DNA of 64,000 nt from an uncultured Candidatus Saccharibacteria bacterium (GTDB lineage: Bacteria; Patescibacteriota; Dojkabacteria; J137): contig OZ246402.1 of NCBI GenBank assembly GCA_965230975.1, positions 309,304 to 373,303 on the forward strand. The letters are read 5' to 3'. Shown here in pieces: positions 29,959-39,396 of the stretch. Position numbers and translations under genes: made by a program. Position 1 is the first letter of the stretch. The number at the start of each line of letters is the position of its first letter. Under the pieces are notes generated by a model. It saw only the letters and a list, made by a program, of their open reading frames with translations. It was not told the origin of the DNA and searched no databases.

Positions 29959-30261
29959 ATGCAAAACAAAATCAGAGTAAAAATTAAAGGTTATGATTAC
30001 AGAGTGGTTGATAAAGCTACTCAAGAGATTTGTAAATCAGTGGTAGAAACAGGTGCTAAAATCAGAGGTCCTGTACCATTACCAAATAGAATTTGGAAAA
30101 TGGCAATTCACAGAGGCCCACATATTGATGCAAAGTCTAAAGAGCATTTCGGATTAATAGAACATTTAAGATTGGTTGATATTTTAGAACCAAACGCAAA
30201 AACTATAGAATCATTAACTCACATGCAATTACCAGCAGGTGTTGATGTTGAAATTAAGTAA
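29959..30261 (+). CDS. rpsJ: 30S ribosomal protein S10
   Basis: GPVPLP, LPAGVDVEIK; operon position. Confidence 0.97.
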   Translation: MQNKIRVKIKGYDYRVVDKATQEICKSVVETGAKIRGPVPLPNRIWKMAIHRGPHIDAKSKEHFGLIEHLRLVDILEPNAKTIESLTHMQLPAGVDVEIK

Positions 30262-30269
30262 ATAATATT

Positions 30270-30872
30270 ATGAAAACATTTATAGCTAAAAAAATAGGAA
30301 TGGTTCAAGTCTTTACAGAAAAGGGAGACTCAAAACCAGCAACAGTTTTAGATATTTCTGAAAATTATGTTGCAAGAACAATTGAAGTTGATGGAAAAAA
30401 ATTCATAGAAGTAGGTAAGGACAAAGTAAAACATCCAACAAAATCAGAACTTGGAAGTTATAAAGACTTAAAGTTTGTACCTAGACAAAAAGCTAGAGAA
30501 GAATCTGATTCAACAGATGTTCAAGTTGGAACACAATTAGAAGCAACTTTGATCTCTGTAGGTGACACAGTAGAAGCTACTGGTACTACAAAAGGAAAAG
30601 GTTTTGCAGGTGTAGTAAAGAGGTGGGGTTTTAAAGGTGGTCCTAGAACTCATGGTCAATCAGATAGAGAAAGAGCACCTGGATCAATTGGTAATAGAAC
30701 AATCCCAGGTAGGGTTTACAAAGGAAAGAGAATGGGTGGACATATGGGTGTAACTACTAAAACTATTAAAGGTTTAAAAGTTTTAATGGTTAACTCTGAA
30801 TCTAAGACAATAGTAGTAGATGGTAGCGTAATGGGCCCAAAGAATTCATATTTAGTAATTAGAAAGAAGTAA
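30270..30872 (+). CDS. rplC: 50S ribosomal protein L3
   Basis: KKIGM, KGKGFAGVVKR, RAPGSIG. Confidence 0.97.
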   Translation: MKTFIAKKIGMVQVFTEKGDSKPATVLDISENYVARTIEVDGKKFIEVGKDKVKHPTKSELGSYKDLKFVPRQKAREESDSTDVQVGTQLEATLISVGDTVEATGTTKGKGFAGVVKRWGFKGGPRTHGQSDRERAPGSIGNRTIPGRVYKGKRMGGHMGVTTKTIKGLKVLMVNSESKTIVVDGSVMGPKNSYLVIRKK

Positions 30873-30876
30873 TATC

Positions 30877-31515
30877 ATGAATTTAGATATCTTTGATTTA
30901 AAAGCAAAAAAAATCGGTGATTTTGAAATCTCAAACGAGTATAAAGATGCAAAGGTAAACAATGCAGTTTTATCTCAATATGTTTATATCTACCTTTCAA
31001 ATCAAAGAGAGGGTAATGCTCATACAAAAGACAGATCAGAAGTAAGTGGAGGTGGTAAAAAACCTTGGAAACAAAAAGGAACTGGTAGAGCTAGAGTAGG
31101 ATCATCTAGATCTCCTATTTGGACAAAGGGAGGAATCACATTTGGTCCAAGAAATGAAGTAAATTACAAAAGAAGAACAACAAAAAAATTTAGAGCAGTA
31201 GCTTTTAGAAATGCACTATCTTACTTAATTCAGTCTGAAAATGTAAGAGTTATTAAAGAAGCTGATATCAAGTCAGAAGAAAAAATGACTCAAAAAGCAG
31301 CTGAAATATTAGTAGCATTCAATAGCCCTAAAAAAGTAACTATAATTACAAGTGAAAAAAGAGATTCTTTACTTAAAGCTTTCTCAAACATTAAGAATGT
31401 AAATGTAGTTACAATATCAAAAATTAACCCGTATTTACTGCTTAATGGCGGAGTAGTTTTCTTTGAAGAAGCTGCTTTAAAACATTTTGAAGAAACATGG
31501 GGATTAACAAAATAA
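30877..31515 (+). CDS. rplD: 50S ribosomal protein L4
   Basis: KPWKQKGTGRAR. Confidence 0.97.
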   Translation: MNLDIFDLKAKKIGDFEISNEYKDAKVNNAVLSQYVYIYLSNQREGNAHTKDRSEVSGGGKKPWKQKGTGRARVGSSRSPIWTKGGITFGPRNEVNYKRRTTKKFRAVAFRNALSYLIQSENVRVIKEADIKSEEKMTQKAAEILVAFNSPKKVTIITSEKRDSLLKAFSNIKNVNVVTISKINPYLLLNGGVVFFEEAALKHFEETWGLTK

Positions 31516-31531
31516 TATTAAGATTAATAAA

Positions 31532-31813
31532 ATGATAGTTTTAAAGAAACCGATAGTAACAGAAAAGAGTTTGAGAGAGTATAAAGAAAACAGAGTAGTA
31601 ACTTTTTCTGTTGACTTAAATGCTACAAAAATTCAAATTCAAAAAACAGTTGAAAATGTATATGCTGTTAAAACACTAGAGGTTAGAGTAGTTAATAGAC
31701 TAGGTAAGGTAAAATATAGTAGATTTTCAAAAAAGAAAAGTAAATTGCAAGATCAAAGAATTGCATATATTAAATTAGATAATAATCAAAAAATAGATAT
31801 TTTTGAACAATAA
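31532..31813 (+). CDS. rplW: 50S ribosomal protein L23
   Basis: PIVTEKS, ATKIQI; operon position. Confidence 0.93.
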   Translation: MIVLKKPIVTEKSLREYKENRVVTFSVDLNATKIQIQKTVENVYAVKTLEVRVVNRLGKVKYSRFSKKKSKLQDQRIAYIKLDNNQKIDIFEQ

Positions 31814-31824
31814 GGTTATATACC

Positions 31825-32688
31825 ATGGCACTAAAGAAATTTAACGCAACAACACCAGGTTCACGACACGCAATATTAATCGATAGATCAGAATTGCATG
31901 ATGGAAGACCATATTTACCATTGGTAAAAAGCCTTAGAAGCAAAGGTGGTCGAAATAATCAAGGTAGAGTAACAATGAGGCATCAAGGTTCTGGTGCAAA
32001 AAAACAATATAGAGTTATTGACTTTAAAAGAGATAATCATGGTGTAGAAGGAACTATAGAAAGGGTAGAGTACGATCCAAACAGAACAGCATTTATTGCA
32101 TTAGTAAAGTTTGCAAATGGTGACAGAAGATATATTCTTTCCCCAGATGGACTTAAAGCTGGCGATAAAGTAATGAGTGGTGAAGAAGCTCCTGTATCAG
32201 TTGGAAACGCATTACCATTAAAAAGCATTCCTCAAGGTACAATGGTACATGCTGTTGAGATGTGGCCAGAAAAAGGTGCATCTTTAGCTAGATCAGCTGG
32301 TACATCTGTTCAAGTGATGGGTGGAGACCAAGGATATGTTCAGCTAAGATTACCTAGTGGAGAAATTAGATTAGTGAGAGAGACTTGCTATGCTACAATA
32401 GGCACTGTAAGTAATCCTGATAATAAAAATGTAAAATTAGGTAAAGCAGGTAGAAGAAGAAATAAAGGGGTAAGACCTTCAGTTAGAGGAGTGGCAATGT
32501 CAATCAAGCACCCTCACGGAGGAGGACAGGGTAAGGGTGGTAGACACGGTACAGGTGGACCTAAGAAGGATAGATGGGGTAATCCAGTAGGAACAAGAAC
32601 AAGAAAAGGAAAGAACGTAAATAATAAATTTATAATTAGAAGAAGACAAGAAAAGAATAAATTTAAAGGTTTTAAAACAATTATATAA
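31825..32688 (+). CDS. rplB: 50S ribosomal protein L2
   Basis: GRNNQG, EYDPNRTA, HPHGGG. Confidence 0.98.
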   Translation: MALKKFNATTPGSRHAILIDRSELHDGRPYLPLVKSLRSKGGRNNQGRVTMRHQGSGAKKQYRVIDFKRDNHGVEGTIERVEYDPNRTAFIALVKFANGDRRYILSPDGLKAGDKVMSGEEAPVSVGNALPLKSIPQGTMVHAVEMWPEKGASLARSAGTSVQVMGGDQGYVQLRLPSGEIRLVRETCYATIGTVSNPDNKNVKLGKAGRRRNKGVRPSVRGVAMSIKHPHGGGQGKGGRHGTGGPKKDRWGNPVGTRTRKGKNVNNKFIIRRRQEKNKFKGFKTII

Positions 32689-32706
32689 AAAGTAATAAGT
32701 AAAATT

Positions 32707-33009
32707 ATGTCAAGAAGTTTAAAAAAAGGACCTTATGTTAATGAAAGATTATTAGCTAAGGTAGTAAAAGCAAAACAAACAGGAGACAAAAAAGCAATTA
32801 AGACTTGGTCAAGAGACTGTACTATTTCTCCTGAAATGGTAGGTTTTAACTTCGAGGTTCATAATGGAAAATACTTTAACAAAGTTTTTGTAACAGAGTC
32901 TATGGTTGGACACAAGTTGGGAGAATTTTCTGTAACTAGGAAATTCACAGGTCATAGCAAGAAAGGAAAAATAGCTAAAGCAACAGGGGCAACAGGTAGA
33001 GCAGCATAA
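32707..33009 (+). CDS. rpsS: 30S ribosomal protein S19
   Basis: [16 protein letters not shown]. Confidence 0.98.
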   Translation: MSRSLKKGPYVNERLLAKVVKAKQTGDKKAIKTWSRDCTISPEMVGFNFEVHNGKYFNKVFVTESMVGHKLGEFSVTRKFTGHSKKGKIAKATGATGRAA

Positions 33010-33041
33010 TTTTTAAATAAATTGTATTAGTAATTAATAAT

Positions 33042-33512
33042 ATGAAAGTCAAAGCAGTAGCAAAAAGAGTGGGAGTGTCAGCAATTAAAGCTAGAATAAT
33101 CGCAGATACTGTAAGAGGTATGAATGCTAAAGATGCAGTAGGTATTTTAACATATGTATCAAAGGGATCTGCATTGCCTGTTAAGAAAGTTGTTGAAAGT
33201 GCAATTGCAAATGCTAAGACTAACTACAATTTAAATGAGGATACCCTTGTTATAAGTGAAATTAGGGTAGATAAGGGCCCAATTGCTAATATAAATGCAA
33301 AAAGATTTGAAACTTTAGGTAAGGGCGGTTATGCTAGATTCGATAGAAAATACTGTCATATTACAGTTTTATTAGAGGAACGAAGTTCTACTGCAAAGGT
33401 AAAAAAGACTAAAACAATAGATTCAAAAAAATCAATTGTTGCTGATTCTACATCAGAAGACTTAGAAAAGAAGAGCGTTAAAAAAAGCAAAACTGCTAAA
33501 AAAGCAGAGTAA
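33042..33512 (+). CDS. rplV: 50S ribosomal protein L22 with Lys-rich tail
   Basis: KARIIAD.VRG, SAIANA, HITV. Confidence 0.95.
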   Translation: MKVKAVAKRVGVSAIKARIIADTVRGMNAKDAVGILTYVSKGSALPVKKVVESAIANAKTNYNLNEDTLVISEIRVDKGPIANINAKRFETLGKGGYARFDRKYCHITVLLEERSSTAKVKKTKTIDSKKSIVADSTSEDLEKKSVKKSKTAKKAE

Positions 33513-33526
33513 AACAAGAGATTTGA

Positions 33527-33587
33527 TGGTATAATCTCATGCACTTTTAAATGGTAGGTTAAAGGTTAAAAGCTAGACTTTTAATCT
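33527..33587 (+). promoter_or_regulatory. Internal extended -10 promoter and leader hairpin before rpsC
   Basis: TGGTATAAT in a 102-nt gap; stem AGGTTAAAAG/CTTTTAATCT. Confidence 0.5.
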
Positions 33588-33614
33588 CTAATTTGTAATT
33601 TAATATAGACTAAT

Positions 33615-34271
33615 ATGGCTCGAGGAGCTCACAAAATAAATCCAATAGGATTTAGGCTAGGGGTAAACAAAAATTGGAAATCAAGATGGTATGCTAATAA
33701 AAATGATTATGCAGACAGATTCTTGAGTGACATTAAGGTAAGACAGCTTGTTGAAACAAAGCTTAAGACTGCAGGTGTTGCATCCGTAGTTGTTAAAAGG
33801 TTTACAAATAAGACCCTAGTGGAAGTAAGTGTTGCAAGACCTGGAGTGGTTATAGGAAGAGGTGGAGCGGGTATTACTGCCTTGAAAGATGACTTAACAA
33901 AATTGTTGAAACATGATGTTGATGTGAAAATCTTTGAAGTTAAAAACCCAGATACAGTTGCTAAATTAGTTGCAGAAAATATTGCTTTGCAATGTGAAAA
34001 AAGAGTTAACCCTCAAATTGCTGCAGCAAAAGCGGCAGAAGCTGCAATGGGCAATGAATCAGTTAAAGGTATTCAAATTTGGATAGGTGGAAGAATTAAA
34101 GGAGCAGATATTGCAAGAGTTGTTAAAGTTAAACATGGTGTAGTTCCAAGACATAGTTTAAGAGTTGATTTAGATTACTCAGCTGCAAGAGCTCAGGTTC
34201 CTGCTTTAGGAGTACATGGTATAAAAGTTTGGATTAACAAAGGAGAAAAAACATCATATAGCATAGATTAA
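33615..34271 (+). CDS. rpsC: 30S ribosomal protein S3
   Basis: KINPIGFRLG, RPGVVIGRGG, GIKVWI. Confidence 0.97.
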   Translation: MARGAHKINPIGFRLGVNKNWKSRWYANKNDYADRFLSDIKVRQLVETKLKTAGVASVVVKRFTNKTLVEVSVARPGVVIGRGGAGITALKDDLTKLLKHDVDVKIFEVKNPDTVAKLVAENIALQCEKRVNPQIAAAKAAEAAMGNESVKGIQIWIGGRIKGADIARVVKVKHGVVPRHSLRVDLDYSAARAQVPALGVHGIKVWINKGEKTSYSID

Positions 34272-34294
34272 TATAAAAATTTATATAGTATAAA

Positions 34295-34702
34295 ATGTTG
34301 CAACCAAATCAAAGAAAATACAAAAAAGAGCAAAGAGGAAGAATGAAAGGAATTGACTTTAGAGGTTCCGAGCTTGCTTATGGAGAGTTTGGAATTCAAT
34401 CACTTGATAGAGGTTGGCTTAAAGCAAGAGAAATAGAAGCAGCAAGAAAAGCTATTGTAAACTACACAAATAGAAAAGGTAAGTTATGGGTTAAAGTATT
34501 CCCTCACAAACCTTATACAAAAAAGTCAGATGAAGTTGTAAGAGGTAGCGGTAAAGGAGAAGTTTCTTACTATGTTTCTGTAATAAGACCAGGTAGAATT
34601 TTATTCGAACTAGGTGGTATTCCTGAGGAAACAGCTAAAGAAGCATTAAGACTTGCAACAGCTAAGTTATCTTTAAAAACAAGAATTATTAGTAAAAATT
34701 AA
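34295..34702 (+). CDS. rplP: 50S ribosomal protein L16
   Basis: MLQP..RKYKK, IEAAR, GSGKG, PGRILFE. Confidence 0.97.
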   Translation: MLQPNQRKYKKEQRGRMKGIDFRGSELAYGEFGIQSLDRGWLKAREIEAARKAIVNYTNRKGKLWVKVFPHKPYTKKSDEVVRGSGKGEVSYYVSVIRPGRILFELGGIPEETAKEALRLATAKLSLKTRIISKN

Positions 34703-34914
34703 TGAGCGAAGTAAAAACATCAGAAAAAAAAGAGGCTAAAGTTGTAGATAAGAAAGTTTCTAACACTAAGACTATCTCAGAGCTTAGATTGGAACTTCAA
34801 AAGTTAATACTAGATGTAAGATCTGGTAAGGAAAAAAATACATCTTTAATTAAAAAAACTAAAAAAGAGATTGCAAGATTATTAACTAAATTAAAAATTA
34901 ATAATGGAAAATAA
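34702..34914 (+). CDS. rpmC: 50S ribosomal protein L29, divergent N-terminus
   Basis: G..KNTSLIKKTKKEIARLLT; lies between rplP and rpsQ. Confidence 0.85.
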   Translation: MSEVKTSEKKEAKVVDKKVSNTKTISELRLELQKLILDVRSGKEKNTSLIKKTKKEIARLLTKLKINNGK

Positions 34915-35155
34915 AGTTAAATCACAAAGAGAGTTGGTAGGTATAGTAGAAAAGCTTAGTGGAGTAAATACTCTTAAAGTAAGGGTTGAAAGAAAATACC
35001 CACACACAAAGTATGGAAAAATTATTAAGGAACATAGAAGTTATTTAGTAAATTACATTTCAGAAAATTCACAAGTGAAAGTCGGAGATGTAGTAACAAT
35101 TAAAGAGTGCAAGCCTTTCTCAAAAAAGAAAGCTTGGGAATTAGTTACAAAGTAA
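34904..35155 (+). CDS. rpsQ: 30S ribosomal protein S17
   Basis: [22 protein letters not shown]. Confidence 0.95.
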   Translation: MENKVKSQRELVGIVEKLSGVNTLKVRVERKYPHTKYGKIIKEHRSYLVNYISENSQVKVGDVVTIKECKPFSKKKAWELVTK

Positions 35156-35165
35156 AATAAATAAT

Positions 35166-35549
35166 ATGGTACAGAAATTATCAAGATTAAAAGTTGCAGA
35201 TAATACAGGAGCTAAAGAGTTAATGATAATTCAAGTTCTTGGCAAATCAAAAGGCGGAACTTTTCAAAAGTTTGGTTACTATGGAGATATTGTAAGCGCA
35301 TCTGTAAAAAAGGCCATGCCAAATGGACAATACAAAAAAGGAGATGTAGTTCATGCAGTTTTAGTAAGAGCTGTTAAGGAGTATAGAAGAAAAGATGGTA
35401 GTTACATTAAATTTGATGATAACGCAGCCGTTTTAATAGCTAAAGATACAAAAGATCCAAAGGGAACTAGAGTTTTTGGTCCAATTGCAAGAGAATTAAA
35501 AGAAAAGGGATTCAATAAATTAGTTTCAATGGCACCAGAAGTTTTGTAA
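35166..35549 (+). CDS. rplN: 50S ribosomal protein L14
   Basis: [27 protein letters not shown]. Confidence 0.98.
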   Translation: MVQKLSRLKVADNTGAKELMIIQVLGKSKGGTFQKFGYYGDIVSASVKKAMPNGQYKKGDVVHAVLVRAVKEYRRKDGSYIKFDDNAAVLIAKDTKDPKGTRVFGPIARELKEKGFNKLVSMAPEVL

Positions 35550-35574
35550 TAATAATTAAATTATATTAATAAAA

Positions 35575-35898
35575 ATGTTGAAGATAAAAAAAGGAGACAA
35601 TGTTTTAGTAATGAGAGGTAAAGATGCTGGAAAGCAAGGTGAAGTTTTAAGCATTGTTAACAAAGAAAATTCAATAAGAGTTGTTGTTAAAGGTATTAAT
35701 ATTGTTAAAAAGACTCAAAAACCAAATCCACAACTAGGTATAGTAGGTGGTATGAGTGAAAAAGAAATGTCTTTAGATATTTCAAACGTTATGGTATTAG
35801 ATAAGAAAACAGGAAAACCTGTAAGAGTTAAATTTAAAATAGACGAAAAAACCGGCAAGAAAAGTAGAGTTTCTGCAAAAACCGGAGAAGTTATTTAA
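35575..35898 (+). CDS. rplX: 50S ribosomal protein L24
   Basis: IKKGD.V.V..GKDAGK.G, ISNV. Confidence 0.96.
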   Translation: MLKIKKGDNVLVMRGKDAGKQGEVLSIVNKENSIRVVVKGINIVKKTQKPNPQLGIVGGMSEKEMSLDISNVMVLDKKTGKPVRVKFKIDEKTGKKSRVSAKTGEVI

Positions 35899-35903
35899 AT
35901 AAT

Positions 35904-36455
35904 ATGACAGAATTGCAAACTAGATACAAAAAAGAGATTGCTCCAAAATTAACTGAAAAGTTTGGATACAAAAATCCTATGTCTGTACCAACTATAGAAA
36001 AAATAGTAATTAATGCAGGTATCGGAAAAGAATATAGAAACAATACAAATGTAGTAGAGGAAATGGTAGATGTAATTTCTCAAATATCAGGTCAAAAACC
36101 AGTTGTTGTGAATTCAAAAGAAGCAATTTCAAACTTTGGATTAAGAGAAGGTACACCTAATGGAATAAAAGTAACACTTAGAAAAGACAGAATGTGGGAT
36201 TTCTTATATAAACTTATAGGAGTAACACTACCGAGAATCAAGGACTTTAGAGGTGTATCAAATAAAGGTTTCGATGGCAGAGGTAACTATTCATTAGGAA
36301 TTAAAGAACATACAATCTTTCCAGAGATTGATACAACTAAATTATCTAAAATAAGATCTTTGCAAATTGTTATAAATACAACTGCAAATTCTAACGAAGA
36401 GGGTCATGCATTATTGGAAATGCTAGGAATGCCATTCGAAAAGAAGAATAGGTAA
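35904..36455 (+). CDS. rplE: 50S ribosomal protein L5
   Basis: KIVIN.G, GQKP, LPRIKDFRG, IFPEI. Confidence 0.98.
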   Translation: MTELQTRYKKEIAPKLTEKFGYKNPMSVPTIEKIVINAGIGKEYRNNTNVVEEMVDVISQISGQKPVVVNSKEAISNFGLREGTPNGIKVTLRKDRMWDFLYKLIGVTLPRIKDFRGVSNKGFDGRGNYSLGIKEHTIFPEIDTTKLSKIRSLQIVINTTANSNEEGHALLEMLGMPFEKKNR

Positions 36456-36484
36456 TTGAATTAACTAGATTATAAAGGTATAAT
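36456..36484 (+). promoter_or_regulatory. Internal sigma70-type promoter before rpsN
   Basis: TTGAAT-17 nt-TATAAT. Confidence 0.65.
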
Positions 36485-36494
36485 ACGCGATACT

Positions 36495-36707
36495 ATGGCT
36501 AACAAAGCAAAAATTGCAAAAAACACAAAACAAAAAGTAATGCTAAGAAACGGCAATAGCCCTTTCAAAGCTGTTAAATATAGAAACAGATGTGAAATCT
36601 GTGGACGACCAAGGTCTTATATTGGTAGATTTAAACTCTGCAGAATATGCTTTAGAGAAAAAGCTATGGCAGGTGAATTACCAGGTGTAAGAAAAATGAC
36701 TTGGTAA
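36495..36707 (+). CDS. rpsN: 30S ribosomal protein S14, zinc-binding type
   Basis: RC..CGRPR.Y...[15 protein letters not shown]. Confidence 0.96.
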   Translation: MANKAKIAKNTKQKVMLRNGNSPFKAVKYRNRCEICGRPRSYIGRFKLCRICFREKAMAGELPGVRKMTW

Positions 36708-36710
36708 AAG

Positions 36711-36761
36711 ATTGCTTATGTCTGATTACTAGACCAAATCTAGTAATTTGAAATTAGCAAT
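36711..36761 (+). promoter_or_regulatory. Candidate S8-binding leader RNA (16S helix-21 mimic)
   Basis: Long hairpin ATTGCT-TATGTCTGATTACTAGA-CCAAA-TCTAGTAATTTGAAATT-AGCAAT immediately upstream of rpsH. Confidence 0.6.
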
Positions 36762-36807
36762 TACGCTTTAATAAAGCTAATTCAAAAATAGTTATTAAAT
36801 AAATAGA

Positions 36808-37200
36808 GTGGTTAACGATCCTATTGCAGATTTTCTAACTCAAATTAGAAATGCGCAACAACGAAAAAAAGATGAGATTACAGTAAAATCAAGCAAAATG
36901 CTTGAGTCTATTGCAGCTATCTTAAAAGAAGAAGGTTTTGTAAATGACTTCAAAGTTGAAGAAAATGAGGTTCAAAATGAATTAGTTGTTTCATTAAAGT
37001 ACGTAAACGGAGAGGGTGCAATTAGAGAATTGGCTAGAGTTTCTAAGCCAGGTATTAGAAGGTATTTAGGCTACAAAAACATTAAGCCTGTTAAAAAAGG
37101 TTTAGGTGTAGCTATTATCTCAACTCCAATGGGTGTTATTTCTGACAAAAAAGCAAGAGAACACAAAGTTGGTGGTGAGTACATTTGTTATGTCTATTAA
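36808..37200 (+). CDS. rpsH: 30S ribosomal protein S8
   Basis: DPIADFLT.IRNA, RVSKPG.R.Y, ST..G, VGGE. Confidence 0.97.
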   Translation: MVNDPIADFLTQIRNAQQRKKDEITVKSSKMLESIAAILKEEGFVNDFKVEENEVQNELVVSLKYVNGEGAIRELARVSKPGIRRYLGYKNIKPVKKGLGVAIISTPMGVISDKKAREHKVGGEYICYVY

Positions 37201-37202
37201 AC

Positions 37203-37757
37203 ATGTCTAGAATCGGTAAAATGCCAATAACAATCCCAACCGGAGTAACTGTAGAGGTTACAAATGGTGGAGAATATGGCTTTAAAGAAGTTATTGTAAA
37301 AGGTCCTAAAGGAGAACTAAAAGAATCTTTAAAAAGAGGTGTTAATGCAGAAGTTATAGAAAATGAAATTATTGTAACAAGAGATAATGATTCAAAACAA
37401 AACAGAGCATTTCATGGCTTGTTTAGAACATTAATAAATAACATGGTCGAAGGTGTAACTAAAGGTTTTTCAAAGTCTTTAGAAATAGTTGGAATTGGTT
37501 ACAGAGCTGAGATGCAAGGTGCAAATTTAATTTTATCTGTGGGTTACTCACATAAAATTAATTACCAACCACCAGTAGGAATTAATATTTCAGTACAAGA
37601 CCAAACAAATATAACTGTAGAAGGTGCAAACAAACAAGTAGTTGGAGAAGTTGCATCTAAAATAAGAGGATTTAGAAAACCTGAACCTTATAAGGGTAAA
37701 GGTGTTAGATATAAAGGAGAAGCTGTTAGAAGAAAATCAACTAAAGCAGGTGCATAA
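37203..37757 (+). CDS. rplF: 50S ribosomal protein L6
   Basis: MSRIGK (ATG at 37203), PEPYKGKG. Confidence 0.97.
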   Translation: MSRIGKMPITIPTGVTVEVTNGGEYGFKEVIVKGPKGELKESLKRGVNAEVIENEIIVTRDNDSKQNRAFHGLFRTLINNMVEGVTKGFSKSLEIVGIGYRAEMQGANLILSVGYSHKINYQPPVGINISVQDQTNITVEGANKQVVGEVASKIRGFRKPEPYKGKGVRYKGEAVRRKSTKAGA

Positions 37758-37795
37758 AATATAATAAGTTAAAGTAAAAGTAGCAATTAGAAAAT

Positions 37796-38149
37796 ATGAA
37801 AAGATTTATAAAAAAAGCACAAAGTAGATTAAAGAGAAAGATGCATATTAGAAAAGATATCTATGGTACAGAATCTAGACCTAGATTATCTGTATACAGA
37901 TCAAATAATCATATTTACGCTCAAATTATAGATGATGTAAATTCAAAAACAATAGTATCTGCTTCTGATAAATTATCTACAGAGAAAGGTACTCCAGTTG
38001 AAAAAGCAACTAGAGTAGGTGAAACTTTAGCAAAATTAGCAATTGCTAAAAAGATAGAAACTGTAGTATTTGATAGAAATGGATTTAAGTATCATGGAAG
38101 AGTAAAGGCAATTGCAGAAGGTGCTAGATCTGCTGGCTTAAAATTTTAA
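37796..38149 (+). CDS. rplR: 50S ribosomal protein L18
   Basis: [20 protein letters not shown]. Confidence 0.97.
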   Translation: MKRFIKKAQSRLKRKMHIRKDIYGTESRPRLSVYRSNNHIYAQIIDDVNSKTIVSASDKLSTEKGTPVEKATRVGETLAKLAIAKKIETVVFDRNGFKYHGRVKAIAEGARSAGLKF

Positions 38150-38171
38150 TCTAATAAATAATTAAAATATA

Positions 38172-38753
38172 ATGAGTGACGTTACAACAACTGAAACAAA
38201 AGAAGTAAAAGTAAATATACAACCTCAACAAGGTCAACAATATAACGGTAGACCGCAAAGAGGCCATGGTAGAAACAACAACAGATCAGATAGAAGAGAT
38301 AAACCAGAAAAGGAAAAAGACCCATTTGATTTCAAATTAATTGAAGTTAGAAGAGTTAATAAAATGTATAAGGGTGGTAGAAGAATGAAATTAAGTGTTG
38401 TAGTAGTAGTTGGAGATAAAAAAGGACGAGTAGGAATCGGATTGGGTAAAGGTGATGATGTAAAAACAGCACAAGAAAAAGCTATTTCACAAGCAAAAAA
38501 GAACTTAGTTTTGATTCCATTAAAAGGAAATACAATTCCTCACGAAGTAACTCATAAGTTCAAATCATCTAGAATCATGTTGAAACCAGCAGCTCCAGGT
38601 ACTGGAATTGTAGCAGGTTCTTCTGTAAGAATGGTTGCAGAAGTAGCAGGTATAAACGATGTTTTATCAAAAATTTTAGGTGCTAATAACAAGATTACAA
38701 ATGCGTATGCAACAATTCAAGCTTTGTCATCTTTAAGAGCAACAAGACTTTAA
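38172..38753 (+). CDS. rpsE: 30S ribosomal protein S5
   Basis: KGGRR, VVVGD..G.VG.G.GK, PAAPGTG. Confidence 0.97.
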   Translation: MSDVTTTETKEVKVNIQPQQGQQYNGRPQRGHGRNNNRSDRRDKPEKEKDPFDFKLIEVRRVNKMYKGGRRMKLSVVVVVGDKKGRVGIGLGKGDDVKTAQEKAISQAKKNLVLIPLKGNTIPHEVTHKFKSSRIMLKPAAPGTGIVAGSSVRMVAEVAGINDVLSKILGANNKITNAYATIQALSSLRATRL

Positions 38754-38772
38754 ATTAATTATAGGTAATAGA

Positions 38773-39252
38773 ATGTTAAATAATTTAGTATCACCAAAAT
38801 CAACAAGTAAATCAAAAATAATCGGAAGAGGTATGGGATCTGGAAAAGGTGGTCATACTGCAGGTAGAGGTTTAAAAGGAGCTACAGCTAGAACAGGTTA
38901 TCAATACCCTAGAAGAACATTCGAAGGTGGTCAAAATCCCTTATCAAGAAGATTACCTAGATACAGAGGAGACGTTAGAGGTACAACTAGAGCAGCTTTT
39001 ACAGCTGATATTCAAAATACACCTATTAAATTGAGTAAAGTTGCTGATTTGGCATCACAATTATCAAAAACAGAAATTACTCTTCAAGACTTAATTGAAG
39101 GTGGAATTGTTACATTAAAATATAATAAAACAATAAAACCTAAAATTCTTTTAGACAAAGAAATTTCTATAAAACTTAACATCAAAGGTATCCCAGCTTC
39201 AAAGTCTGCAAAATTAGCAATTGAAAAAGCAGGTGGTTCTATTGAAGATTAA
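38773..39252 (+). CDS. rplO: 50S ribosomal protein L15
   Basis: GRGMGSGKG, FEGGQ.PL.RRLP, IEKAGG. Confidence 0.96.
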   Translation: MLNNLVSPKSTSKSKIIGRGMGSGKGGHTAGRGLKGATARTGYQYPRRTFEGGQNPLSRRLPRYRGDVRGTTRAAFTADIQNTPIKLSKVADLASQLSKTEITLQDLIEGGIVTLKYNKTIKPKILLDKEISIKLNIKGIPASKSAKLAIEKAGGSIED

Positions 39253-39396
39253 TAAGCTATCCCATTAATTGAATTTTTTTAAGATATAGTCTTCACTATT
39301 CTCTTATTAGCAGAATAACGTTAAATCTGCTTAAATATTGATTCACGATATTGGGTTTCTAATGTATAATTACCTACATATTTTGTTTTTATACCT

